Below, piece after piece: positions 27,515 through 40,712 of a DNA stretch of 64,000 bases. The stretch comes from Octopus vulgaris. Its lineage: Eukaryota. Both the position numbers and the translations under genes were made by a program. The stretch lies in NCBI GenBank assembly GCA_951406725.2, contig OX597833.1:73408001-73472000 (forward strand). The letters are read 5' to 3'. Within the stretch, counting starts at the first letter, position 1; every line of letters starts with the position of its first letter. Under the pieces are notes generated by a model. That model was given only the letters and a program-made list of their open reading frames with translations, was not told the DNA's origin and ran no database searches.

Positions 27515-28145
27515 TTAACCACATTTTCAGCTAAACATCGACCAGAAGGCAGACAAAATGTTTTGTCGAAATAATTACACCAAATATTTTCATGATATAC
27601 TTTTATGATACTGACAACAGTCAGCCAGCCAAAAATAGGGAGAGCAGCTATACCAACTCTGCTACAACTACCAGCAGTAGCAGAGATATGGATTTCACTA
27701 GCTTACGTTCATACAATACCACTCCCCACTACACTCTCTCAATTAGCCGTAATGAAAGCACACCTACTCCCATTTATGTTGCCGATATGCTGCTAAACGC
27801 ACAGAACTTTAACACCTGTGCTGGAAATGTTTCCATTATATCACTCAACCTTGACCCCTAGTGTCACTATCTGAAAGTCAAATCTCTTACGTTAACTTAA
27901 TTATAATCGTAATAGTATTAATCATAGTAATATAAACCCCAGCGACTACCATGCGAACACCTGTAACTCCCGCGAGCTTGAACTATTACGAAATAATAAC
28001 GTTGGGTCACGTACCCGTAACAATAAATTTCAAGTATTACAAAATATTGGGTGCAGTTGTTTAGACAAAGCATCTTGTCCGCTTTCTGGACGATGTTTAG
28101 CAGAAAATATGATTTACAAATGTGAAGTTGTAACGGAGACCAATA
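27515..28145 (+). mobile_element. Penelope-like fragment (start of GIY-YIG domain)
   Basis: GCSCLDKASCPLSGRCLAENMIYKCEV at about 28050-28130. Confidence 0.65.
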
Positions 28146-28525
28146 CGAGGTGCGTCTTTGAGATCAAAATTTCCATTTTTGAACTTGGCACACCGATCAT
28201 GAGCGGTTCTTTCAGCTATGGCACCCTCTCCATACACAGCTCAAATATCGCGAGCAGCTTTTGTGGCCTTAGAATTTCGATTAAAAGCAAAAAAAAAAGG
28301 AGGTGTCGAAAATGCTCGTTTTTCTTAACTTGACATTCCATTTTAATGATCAGAAAATAAACAAAAATAAACAAAAATTAACTAAAATTAACTAGAAAAA
28401 ACAAAACAAAATAGATTCCAAAATGATTCAATAATAAAATTCTCGAAAATAATAGATTCCAAAATTTAAAAACGCAATAAATTCCAAAATTTGAAAAAAC
28501 GGCGGGAACTCGGTTGCCAACCTAA
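28146..28525 (-). mobile_element. mariner 5' fragment
   Basis: TA + ttaggttggcaaccgagttcccgccg TIR. Translation MECQVKKNEHFRHL...KATKAARDI*AVYGEGAIAERT...KFKNGNFDLKD. Confidence 0.85.
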
Positions 28526-28539
28526 TAGATGCAAAAGTT

Positions 28540-29000
28540 TTACAGTTGACTCAGAACCCTGGAGATACCACGCACCTGAAGTATGAGTCAGATGCAATAA
28601 AGGAGTGGGTTGAGGACAATAACACGCTGAAAAAATTCTGAAAAAATTCCAAACCCTACATAATCAGTTAGCGAAGCGAAAATACAATGGGCCTGGAAGT
28701 TTTGCAGTCCCAGAATCCCAATCAGTGCTTGACCTGTCACTAACGTTTCTGTTTCTTGTTTCAAGTTTCCGTCAGCCAAAGCGAGCGGACATTTTTGATT
28801 TGCTGAAGAATTGGCCAAACAGTTTTATTTCTTTCCATTTGTTCATTCTGTTATTCTTCCTTTTCTCTTTAAATCCTCCTACTGCCGAAATTACTCTTTC
28901 TTTACTCTGTACAACATAATTTTTCAGCTCTAGTATCGCAGTACCAACAATGTCATCCGTGTTTAATAATCCTCTCACATTCCATTCTTGGCAGATAGAT
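28540..29000 (-). mobile_element. degenerate R4/Dong LINE fragment
   Basis: LADGNLKQETETLVTGQAL resembles WL..GNLKKETE.LI.AAQDQAL. Confidence 0.5.
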
Positions 29001-29308
29001 AATTCGCATGAAGTCTCAAGATGTCATAGATGCTTGGCCTTCTGAAATGCTTTATCATTCTGTAACGTTCAAGCAAACCTTCTGCGACGCTTAAGCTTTT
29101 ATAATGTTTAAGCCTTTTGCGACTTTTAAACCTTCTGTAACATTTGCGCCATCAGTGAGGTTTCATCATTTTAATTTGCATGATCCTTTTGTGGCATATA
29201 AGCCGTTTCTGGCGTTTAGATCTATTTAAGAATACTTCAGAACATTGATACACATTTCTTGCCTCATTAATTTCTCTCTCTCTTTCTCTCTTTCTATTTC
29301 CTCCGTAG

Positions 29309-29364
29309 TACACCATACCGAGTACACATACAAGATCTATCAAACACTTGTGACCCACGTCAAG
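29309..29364 (+). CDS. PDE9A: PDE9A-like exon (TPYRVHIQDLSNTCDPRQ)
   Basis: Pyrimidine tract + ccgtag / gtaagt. Aligns to human TPYKV. Phase 2 to 1. Confidence 0.85.
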
Positions 29365-30574
29365 GTAAGTGTGCTAAAGGCAAGAAGTCTGATAATTTAA
29401 CGAACCTGTTTGTTTATTTCTTGCTATTTAAAAAAACATCAATGATTAGTTGATTTAAATTTTTGCTGGTGCATTACACCTACTTGTCAATGGGCATCGT
29501 GCTTCCATCGGAATTTCCTGTTAATGCATGTTCCAAGCTTCAGTATAATAATGACAAAATTAAGTTAATTTCAAAATTAACTTAAATTGCAATTTAGTTT
29601 TAAAAAATAGGGGAATAAAAGTGTTAAATTCTCTATTTCGATTCTGTTACTTTTCGCTGTTGAGTCGGTCACTTCTTCAATTTGTTCGGTGCCGCAATTC
29701 ATTAAGAAACAGAGCAGCTGTTTGGGTGCGGACGATTTGGCACGGTTAAATGGACATTAAGCCTGTTTTGGCAACACTACGTTTGGGCACTGGAGGCAAA
29801 TACACGCAAGCACGTGCGCACGCGCGCACAGAAATATTTACATACAGAGAGAGAGAGTGAAAGAGAAAGGGAGAGAAAGGGACAGTGCACATACATCCAA
29901 ACATCAATAGATGTATCATATACATAATCAGAGAGAAATATTAAAACAAGAGAAACATTAAATTGTCTGAAGCAAAATAAATCTGTATCGAATCAGTGAT
30001 GACAGATAGACGGCGCCAAAATGCTGGCGCCAAAACTGAGCTCAAATTTGGACTTTTTTCGCTCGTTTTTGTATTAAAAAAATATTTTGGGATGGAGTAT
30101 CACAGACTTTAATGTCTTGCTGTGTTTATCACGAATATTGACGTGAGTATAAATTAGAGAAATGGAAACGGAGGCTGACTTGAGGGAGACGGAATCTTTC
30201 TCATTTTGCCCGTTTCGCTTAAAACGTGTGCCAAAGACGGCTAAGTTCGTCTATATCACTGAATGTCTTTATGTCTGTATACGTGATACTAATTTTTCGT
30301 TTCGTTTTGTAATTGCTTTGTTTTGTCTTTTGGATTTGTAACAAAACCGAAGTGCTATATAGGAGTACGATTTTGAGTGGCATTTTCTTAAAGTCAATTG
30401 AGCTAATACGACATTGATGTCTACATTAGGCACACCTACACAACTTTAGACGTTCGATTCAGAAATTCGTTTCGAATTCACATATTCTCTAGAACGATCC
30501 TATTGAGTGTCACATTAAGCGTTACCTACAATAATGTGGGATCGACCCACGGCGTAGGACCAGAAAAACGTTTA

Positions 30575-30970
30575 CATCGTCGTCGTCGTAGTCATCGTCA
30601 TTATCGTCGTCATCATAATCGTATTCATCTTCGCCATTATCGTGGTTGTCGTCGTCATCATCATCATCATAGTTTTATGACTGCTTTTACAGCTTGTCCA
30701 TTGTCCCCCTATCTGCGAAGATCAACTTCTTGAAATTAGCCTTCGCCACTTTTTCTTGTCTTTCTCAGCCAGCCCACCTTTTCCGTGGGTTTATTCTGCT
30801 CGGATCTGTCCTCCAGCTGTCATCCTTCATACGCATTACGTGTCCATGCCAGGCGCAGTACATATTCGTATCAACCTTCTCTCTTACATGCTACATATGG
30901 CTCCTCTTCAGTTTTTCTCGTGGCTCATTTGAATTGCGTTGTTCACCCACTCTAGCATTACAAATTAGCA
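30575..30970 (-). mobile_element. RTE LINE 3' end with (GAT/GAC)n tail
   Basis: Minus-strand WHGHVMRMKDDSW motif. Confidence 0.6.
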
Positions 30971-31869
30971 GTTTATAGATATTTATAATATAATATACAC
31001 AGATATGGACTCAACTAAACTAGTCAGACTTCTTTGCAAAGACTTAATTAATCCACGATGTCATTGCATGCATTGAATTATGCATATCAAACCAACCAGT
31101 TTAATTTACAAATAGTTGTAGTTTATACGTAATTCCCCTACAATTGCATTATACAATGCGTCCCCCTGTTTTTAAGAAGGTATGCTGAGAGTTGAGGGAA
31201 ATTTTGTTATTTCTAGAAGATCGAACGACCATGTAGCGACTTCTTCGTTATCTCGAATCTTAGTCGTTGTTATTTGTTGTTTGGCCTACCGGATCAAATC
31301 CATTATCAAAACATTTCTGCCATAACCTCTCAATAACCTCATTAGATATTCTAACGCTTCTTTTCAGTTTAAGAACCGGAGAGTAAGGTGAAGAAGTAAT
31401 TTTCCTTTCAAATCTGCAAACTATTGAAGTGTTGTTATAGTAAAGAGTTGGTTTATCGAATATAGCCTTACAAGTTCGATGATTGAGCAAATTACAGATA
31501 ACACGTCTACGAATGCTACTTTGTGTGTGTGTGAGTGTGCGCGCTCGCATATATATATATATATCTAGCGCGTGTGTGTCTATGTGCATGTATATATGTA
31601 CATATTCTCTCATACACACATAGACATGTGATCAGATAGGTGGGGCAAAACAAGGGGACGAAAGTATTTCTCGATTACGAATAGTTGAGTAAAACAGTAT
31701 TTTACTGACGCTGAAAGACTTCACAAGTTGTTAGGCTTTCCCACATCCATTCGTCATGTTTGTTTATATATACGTATGTATGAATATATGTATATGTATA
31801 TGTGTGTGTGTGTGCGTGTGTGTGCGTGCGCGAGTGTGTGTGAATATATATATGTATATATACATGTAT

Positions 31870-31938
31870 ATATATACATGTGTACATTCATACATGTATA
31901 CCTGCATACATACATACATACATGCATACATACATACA

Positions 31939-31972
<34 letters not shown>

Positions 31973-32207
31973 CATACATACATACATACACACGCACATA
32001 CATACATACATACATACATACATACATACATACATGTATACATACATACATACATACATACATACATACATACATACATACATACATACATACATACATA
32101 CATACATACATACATACATACATACATACATACATACATTCATACATGTATACATACATACATACATACATACATACATACATACATACATACATACATA
32201 CATACAT
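31870..32207. repeat. (CATA)n tetranucleotide microsatellite
   Basis: Directly visible in the sequence. Confidence 0.95.
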
Positions 32208-32335
32208 GGTTCAAAGAAACAGAAAAAAAGAGGCAAGTGAGAGAACAACAAGCGGGTATAACCGTTTGACCGTCGGCAAAAAAACCCCCAGAAAAGTCTT
32301 TGCCGTATCGACTCAGCGCTCTTCGACAGCAAGAG

Positions 32336-32391
<56 letters not shown>

Positions 32392-33219
32392 GAGAGTGAA
32401 GGGATTAATTGTTCCACATGCTGAAATGACCAGAAGAGGCGCATGCCCGTGTGTGTATGTAAGGATAGTGTGTGTGTGTGTGTGTGCAAACACATGTGTA
32501 TAGCAGTTCATATTCACGTATGCCAGTGTCGTATGTACATGCGTGTATGTATCTTTGTGCTTGTGTATGTTTGTGCTGGAAGTATGTGTTTCTGGCTCAA
32601 GTGTGTGTGTGAGACACAGTAGTTTGCGTGTGTATTGTGCGTGTTTTATGCGTTTTATGTGTTTGTAGTGGTATTGGGGAGGTAGGAACCGATGTGACAG
32701 CATGATGGAGAGCGAGGGCAGGAGCCAAGCTGGAGACCAGGAATGGAGAAGAAACTACGAATTAGTAGGTCATGTAGATTATACATACATTTATATACAT
32801 TGATATATATATATATATATATAGTGCGTGTCTTTATTTGGCCAAAAAAAAAGACCGTCCCGAAATAATATATATATTATTGTGTCTGGGGAGAGTATTC
32901 TCTTTTAGTACCTTATTGTTTAACACACTCGCTGGTTCGATTTCCACTCATTTACTTCTTTTTTTTTTAAATTTTCGTTGCATCTTGCAAACTTTTCGAT
33001 AGTCGTTGATTCTGTCCGTTATAAGAGCTGCGATCTTTTCGTTTGTTTGTTCATCCCAAATTTTATTTAATTTGTTTTGCGGGAAGGATTGTTTCAACGA
33101 AGTCGCGTATTGTCCTTACCTTAGGAAACGCGGAGTAGATGAAATGGGGACAACTGGTGAAGGGGAATATTCTTTACGCTGCATGTCTCATTTCTCTGTT
33201 TTTTTTCTTTTTGTAGCAC

Positions 33220-34607
33220 CCACCACTGGCCTCAGTGGCACCCACCACCGCCCCTACTACATCACCGACTCATTTACCTACATTTCATCTACTGTACTTC
33301 CTAATTTTTTCTGTCCTTCCCTGTACATTGGTCAAACGGGCCACCACTTAGTCAACCGGTTCACTGAACATTTCCGAGACATCTGACTTGGCAATGACAC
33401 CCAACTTCTCGCTACTTCCGCTCAACCGGTCATTCACTACAACATCTGTCCATGTTTGGACTCTCTTTGCACAGAAGCCACCCAAGGTCTCGTCTCCGCC
33501 GGAAACAAGATTTGATTTTCCCTCCTCATTCCTTTGGTCTTAATGGTCTTAATTTGTCACCTCTCTTCATTTAAAACCTACCCTACTCACATTCACACAC
33601 CTTCCACTTTCCACTGCCCTTCCTCCTCCACCCCACAACTGTACACGGTGTAAGTCAGTACAATCACAACACAACATTATACAAACATCCACACGCATTG
33701 TTCAACTCAGTACCCACACCATACACCATTATACACATATCGACACACACTCAGATTCACATGCTCTTACACACACACACACCTTGCCACTCCATACACT
33801 AGCACCCAATGCCTCCCAATCCCACTTCGCACCTCCATGCGTTCCCTCACCACACAATATTCACTCATAACAACACACAATACAGACGCACATAACAGGC
33901 ATAAACACATACAACTTTCGCACATAAACACACGCATACGTTAGGGTCACACACATACACACATACTTCATGCCCTAATACACACACATATACATACACT
34001 ACTCGAACAAGCACACATTAACTGCTACACACAAACGTTTGCACGCATGCACACACACATAGACAGACACCTGATAGCCTCACGCACACGTACTGTGCAC
34101 AGCTTCACACGCATATACACTCGTTCGTACACACACATACATGATACACGGAACGTATCTCACTCCACACAACGCACGCACTAGTTTACTTATGTACATA
34201 CACACACACGCTCTCATACACACACAGAGGCTCACAGAATTTTAAGCTCATACGACATACATTCACACGCGCTCGTTCCCTCTCACATACCATTCTTACA
34301 TACACACGCGCACTTCCGCACCCCAGTTCAGCTAAGTCACCGTTATTATCTCCCCTACATACAGCCCCTTTCTTCCGGTCATTTCTTCATGTTAAACCGT
34401 TAATCTCTACACATTTTATCTCTCTCTTCATATATCTCTCTACTCATTCATCGTTCTCTCTTCATTTTATCCTTCTTCCATTCCCGTTTTTCGAAGAGGT
34501 AGTCTCGAAAGGTCAAAGACTTTTCCATTCTTCCCGAGCGTCAAACTACTACACCTGCCTGTTGTTCCTTCACCTGTCTTCGTCTTTTGCTTTCTGTAAA
34601 TTTGAAC

Positions 34608-34610
<3 letters not shown>
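33220..34610 (+). mobile_element. Penelope-like element 3' part (GIY-YIG + CA-rich UTR + degenerate pLTR)
   Basis: CPSLYIGQTGHHLVNRFTEHFRDI. Degenerate hammerhead-like cgaagaggtagtctcgaaaggtc at about 34490. Confidence 0.8.
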
Positions 34611-34685
<75 letters not shown>

Positions 34686-34714
34686 TGTGTCTGTCTGTCT
34701 GTCTGTCTGTCTGT

Positions 34715-34995
34715 CTGAAACAACTCTTTGGCCAATTCCCAACAAGAAAGTCAGTTGGAAGGCCACTTCGAAGACGGACTGAAAGACAATCTGAAGCGAT
34801 GCAACATTCCCTTTTCTTCCAGCTTCTACTCAGTTCAAAGATTTGAGCAAAATCAACTCCAGTATCGGGACCAACTTCGTGCAAGCATGAAGACACACTT
34901 GCAAAACGCCACTCTAAATAAAAGCCTTATCTATCGTTGTGGTTTTGTGGCATGAACCACTCAAGAAAATACGTCCACTCAAGAAAATACGTAGT
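34715..34995 (+). mobile_element. RTE LINE 3' end
   Basis: KQLFGQF...RKSVGRPL...FEDGLKDNLKRCNI, followed by an 18-bp tandem duplication ccactcaagaaaatacgt. Confidence 0.6.
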
Positions 34996-35124
34996 AAATG
35001 ACCCACGAGTACTCGAGCAAACTGAGTCCTCAACTTGTTCTATTTGGCAAAAGACTTGAGAGGCACCAGTAAGCCTCAAGAGATACATGCTTGTCAATAG
35101 AACATAATTACCGCTTTATTTTAA

Positions 35125-35435
35125 AAACGATAAACGTCGCCCTTTTCAAGCCTACCCAAGCTTGTTGGCCCGGTTTCCCGGTTTCTGTGTTCCCTCACCC
35201 CAGCTGGACGGGACGCCAGTCCATCGCAGCGTTACTCAAGAAACAGTGAGAGAGAGAGAGAAAGTTGTGGCGAAAGGGTACAACAAGAGTCGCCACGACC
35301 CCCTGCCGGAGACTCGTGGAGCTTTTTAGGTGTTTTCGCTCAATAAACACACACAACGCCCGGTCTGGGAATCGAAACCGCGATCCTCCGACTGCGAGTC
35401 CGCTGCTCTAACCACTGGGCAATTGCGCCTCCACA
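35125..35435 (-). mobile_element. tRNA-derived SINE (family B)
   Basis: Minus-strand head ggaggcgcaattgcccagtggttagagc...ggtttcgattcccagacc (Pol III A/B boxes). The same head occurs at 62280-62447. Confidence 0.85.
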
Positions 35436-35476
35436 CCGCTTTATTTTACTGATACATATATATTTTTTCTTTACAG

Positions 35477-35531
35477 GTGACACTGATTTTTGCAATACAA
35501 TCGTTTCTCAAGTAGCGGAGAAGTTCAATAA
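35477..35531 (+). CDS. PDE9A: PDE9A-like exon (G-DTDFCNTIVSQVAEKFN)
   Basis: tttacag/gtaagt. Aligns to human EELIQSVLAQVAEQFS. Phase 1 to 2. Confidence 0.88.
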
Positions 35532-35894
35532 GTAAGTTTAACGTATTGGTGATCCATATTTTGAATGCTTGCCAGTAATGTGATTGTTTTGAATTTTGTA
35601 TGGAAATCCTGTTATGCCGGTCTTATGTTATATTTTATAAATCAGTTCAAAGACCAGATGCCGTTTCCACGACATTCAGCAAATCCTATGCAAGGCCGAG
35701 GGCCATAACACAACTGATATTCAGTTTTAATTGCAACGTGTTTGATTAAGCAACATACAAAATAAATACTTGGTTTATTGAAACGGATATAGGTACATAG
35801 ACTTTAGTATGTGTATACGTGTCTACTTATAAATGTATGACGCTGTATATGTAGTATGTATAAATGAGTGTGTGTAAATGACTGTATGTATGTA

Positions 35895-37770
35895 TCTTCT
35901 ATTTTTTAATTATTATAAATATTCCACTGAAGAGGGAGCAGGTTTCCAACAAAGATACAAGGCTCCATCTTTGGGATGTATCGTAGTTAACACAGACAAA
36001 CTTACATTTGGAACTTGAGAAAACTCTTGCATATTTTTACTGTTCCACTCACAGATTGCACTTGTAATGTATGAATCAGCTGGGCAATTTCTCTTTCTGA
36101 AAATCCCACTTTATCCTGAGTCTCCTTTAAGCATTTACTAACAAAACCTAGTGTTCCGATCATTATTGGTATGAATATGAATTCATATTCTGGATAGAGA
36201 AGCTGGAGGTTTCAAAGCAGTTATCTATAGATATCTTTTTTTTCTTTGATTTTCAAAGAGATATTTATATCTGCAGAGCAGCTAGCCTCTCTGATAGGGC
36301 ATATCTTTGCCCCTCTGTCCCAAACAACAATATCCAGCCTGTTCTGCTTACATTTAACAGAAGTTTTGAGGGAAATATTCCACCAGTATTCCATGAGTTG
36401 GTGTTTATGAATGTATTCCTAAACAGAGGAATTTTCTAAGTTTATTTCAGGACAGGCTTTTTTGTAGATGGCGTTGTAAAAAGGTTTTAGCGACAACATC
36501 GTGCCGCATTGGGACACATTTTAGGACAGCTGCTAATCATATGTATGATGTCTTCCACAGAAACATGACATAGCTTACACATGCGGTTGCACCTTGAGAT
36601 TACAAGAGCATCACTGTGTCTCTTGTTCACCAGGTACTTTGTGGCAATCTCCTGTTCCTGGATTGCAAACACAAAGCCTTCAAAGTGTGGTGTGATGTAG
36701 TGGTCTTGTGTCCAAGAGAGGCTGTGCTTTGTGTCAATTCTACCGTCATCTTCAAGCTTCTGGGCAACATACCCATGCATAGTCTTTTTTTTCTTTTTGT
36801 ATGCTGAATGCTTTCCATTCAGGTCGTCTCTGAGTTAAGAGAGCCCAGCTGTTTTGGGGCTGTATAGGAGATCACCTGGAAGAGAGTGCTTCTTGAGGAG
36901 CTCACCGCCAACTCGTACAATGTTGCTCACCTCACTTTTCAGCACTGCATTTATATATTTATTTTTGCTGTTATTGTTCAGGAGGTGCAGCTTGAGTGAT
37001 ACCATACAGCATTCGAAAGCCTTCTGTAATGATCTCAGGCTTCTACCACCTTCGCTTTTTCTTAGGTAGAGCCAGTCAACATTACTGTTTCTGTGGAAGT
37101 TCCCAATTGTTGTCAGGATTTTGCGGTTTTTTATATTTATGGAGAGGATTTCCTCTACAGACTGATCAAGTATCCCAAATATTAGGATTAGCACTGTGCT
37201 ACAAATGCATTGTGGGATATTGTTTTGTTGTAAGAGGAGAGTTCTAATTGTCATATTTTCCCAAGTCTGGTGTAATATTTTCGGGTCACTCTATCTTTAT
37301 TCACAGTGCCTTCATATGATACATTTTCATCTATGCCTAGGTACTAGTAACATTCTTTGTGAGGAATGGGAAGATAGAAAGACCGTTGATGCACAGGTTT
37401 GGGGTTTGGAGGACTGACTTTCCTCGTTCTATAACCAAATATGAACCTTTCTTTTCGACAAATTCCACGCCTATATCAGCTGAAACTGTTATTAGTTTCA
37501 GTTGCTTCTTTGGCATTGTTAACACTTTTAGCATAAATCTTGAGGTCGTCTACAAAGAAATTATGAGATACATTGATATTTCTAGCAGTTGAAGATCTTA
37601 GTATGTAACCGTTTGTTTTCTGCAGTAGGAACGAAAATGGATTCAGTGTCAAAATGAAAAGAAGTACAGAAAACCTATCTTCCGGGAATATTCCCTTTGA
37701 AATGCCTATATTATCTGAAATAATTATTCTGTTCTCAGTTGGAAGGGCGAGATTGTTCTCTATGTCTTTG
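35895..37770 (-). mobile_element. R4/Dong-clade LINE, 5'-truncated
   Basis: RT motif HNFFVDDLK, LYLRKSEGGRSL, HFEGFVFAIQEQEI and CKLCHVSVEDIIHMISSC. Flanked by (TATG)n on both sides. Confidence 0.88.
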
Positions 37771-38007
37771 TGAGTCTCGTCTATGTATGTGTATTTGTAT
37801 GTATGTATGTATGTATGTATGTATGTATGTATGTATGTATGTATGTATGTATGTATGTATGTATGTATTTATATTTGTATGTATGTATGTATGTATGTAT
37901 GTATGTATGTATGTATGTATGTATGTATGTATGTATGTATGTATGTTTGTATGTATGTATGTATGTTTGTATGTATGTATGTATGTGTGTATGTATGTAT
38001 GTATGTT

Positions 38008-38680
38008 AGGTCACTTTCGAGTGCTACTGGTAACATGTAACCCAGTACAACCTGTTGCATGGTCGGGCCGTCGGCGACTATACCGGCAACCCCACCAAGC
38101 TTGCTTGGTGAGGAGGGTGATTATTGGACACCCTGCGGGATGAAAACAAAACCCGCCAAAGGGCGGAGGAACTCTTGAGAGTTAACGGCCATCCGATAAA
38201 TGTGCATTTTTTTTTTTCTCTTAAGGCTTAAGGCTGTATCATGCGCGGGGACATAGAAATAATCAGACTGAATATCCGATCGCGCGGTTAAACCATTGGG
38301 AGTGAAGGACTCCTAGCCTTTGTTAGGGCATCCTTCTAGGAGAAGGTAACTCAGGTAACTGGGATAACTCCGACATAAAACCTGCGGCGCAGTGGTTACC
38401 GATGATGTTGACTTGTTCATCATTTCGGATTATGGCTGCTGTTGCTTAGTGAGTGGGATTGACTCTGTACACAGCCTTTCCTCACTTTAAAAAAAGTCTT
38501 CTTGCACAGGCATTGCACGATAACAACATTGTTCATGATTGTTGATGGTGCTGTGAGTCTCAACTGAATGGTTGGATGTAGCCTTAAAAAGCAAATAAAA
38601 GTCACATTCGATCACAGCACCAATAACAGTTAAGCTTCGTGCAATGGCCATACTCGATAACGTGGGGGCAGCCATCATTT
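38008..38680 (+). mobile_element. RTE-like non-autonomous element with structured 5' leader
   Basis: gcctttgttagggcatccttctaggagaaggtaactc...aaacctgc resembles RTE 5' UTRs. No ORF; embedded in (TATG)n; second copy at 18130-18485. Confidence 0.6.
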
Positions 38681-38769
38681 ATGTATGTATGTATGTATGT
38701 ATGTATGTATGTATGTATGTATGTATGTATGTATGTATGTATGTATGTATGTATGTATGTATGTATGTG

Positions 38770-39880
38770 CAGATTTACATGTTTTATGTATTCTCATGCT
38801 TATAGTTATATATCTAGACATTATCATATGTAATTAAATGATAAGCTTCAGGAAAGTTTTACAGATTTTTACAGTTCCAGTGATGGATTGGGTCTGTAGT
38901 CTTCGAATTAGCTTTCTCCTTTCTGGTTTTGAGAAGCCTAATTTCTCAAGATTGGTATTTAGGCAGTGTATTACATATCCCAGGGCCCCAATAATTACAG
39001 TTATAAACCTGAACTTGTAATCTGGATAAAGTCACTGCAGATTTCTCAATAGTTCAGCGTTGGTGTTCTCTTTTTCACTGATCTTCAGCTTTGTTAACAT
39101 CCACTGAGCAGCTAATTTCCACAACTGTGCACAGTCTCTCTTCTCTATCCCAAATCATTATATCAGGTATTTTGTGCTTACATTTTAATGAGGTCTTCAC
39201 TGGTACATTCCACTAGTATTCCTATTCATTATGACTGACTATGGCTTCTACCATATTATGGGTTTTTATTTCTTTATCCTCAAGATTGTCCTTCCGACGG
39301 AATTTCATTATAGAATGTACTAGCTACAACGATATGTCTCATTGGTAGATAATACCGTGGTGACATTTTCGGACAACTGCTTATGATGTAGGTGATATCT
39401 TCAGCGTGAACTCCACAAAATCTGCATCGGTTGTCACATTTTACGGCTTTTCCTGTATTTCTATCCTTTGTGTGCATCAGGTACTTGGTTTATATTTCCT
39501 GTTCCTGGATTGCAAACGCATACCCTTCAAAGTGGAAGGTAGTAATTCGGCTGTTGGTCTATGATAAACTGCTTTGATGATCATTGTTACTATCATCACG
39601 GAGTTTTCTACTAACAAATCCATGCATAATCTTCTGCTCATATAGGCTTATCCTTTCATATGATAATACGTTGCGGTAGAGTCGTGCAACTTCTTTGGGT
39701 ATGTATTCTAGGTTATCAGACAAAAAGTGTTGCTCAACGAAATGCCTTTCAAGTCTTATGATGTTATCAGCCTCATGTATACAAACTTGGTCTAGGGATG
39801 CACTTCCACGCTTGGTGGTTAAAAGATGTCGCCGAAGGGATATGATGCAACATTCAAAAGCATCTTTATGCACATATTAA
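38770..39880 (-). mobile_element. R4/Dong-clade LINE 3' fragment
   Basis: AFECCIISLRRHL...QKIMHGF and CRFCGVHAEDITYIISSCPKM. The 3' end abuts (TATG)n at 38681-38767. Confidence 0.85.
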
Positions 39881-40171
39881 AATTAATCTCATTCTAATAT
39901 TGGGACGAGCACTTAACCTTCATCCTTCACGTTCATATTTGCATAAAGGAAATTCTTTTCTCAAACAAATTGTAAGTCATACTCGAGGCTCCGATTAAGC
40001 TACAAAGGGTTACTCAGGCACTGAATTCTAAGTCCCTTGCATTTTATAACGGAAACAGCTGTAAGCTAATGACGTTTAATTCCTTTGTCATCTCATCGTA
40101 TTACCGCTCTGTACTCGACAAACGCTTCTTTCTGGACCACATCTATACTGAGTTCTACACCAATTTATTAG

Positions 40172-40209
<38 letters not shown>

Positions 40210-40357
40210 CATACATACATACATACATACATACATACATACATACATACATACATACATACAAGGAATGCAGAAAATGGAGATGGAGATAAAACTGATG
40301 AATAACAATTGATTTACATCAATTATCATTTATTAATTACAAAAAGACAGAATCTCA

Positions 40358-40712
<355 letters not shown>

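Noticed and set aside
29035-29150. About 18-bp periodic repeat (CRISPR-like at first glance)
   Set aside because: Degenerate tandem minisatellite without unique spacers, in a eukaryotic intron.
29690-30060. Possible old MITE with ggcgccaaaa subterminal motifs
   Set aside because: No clear TIR pair or target-site duplication.
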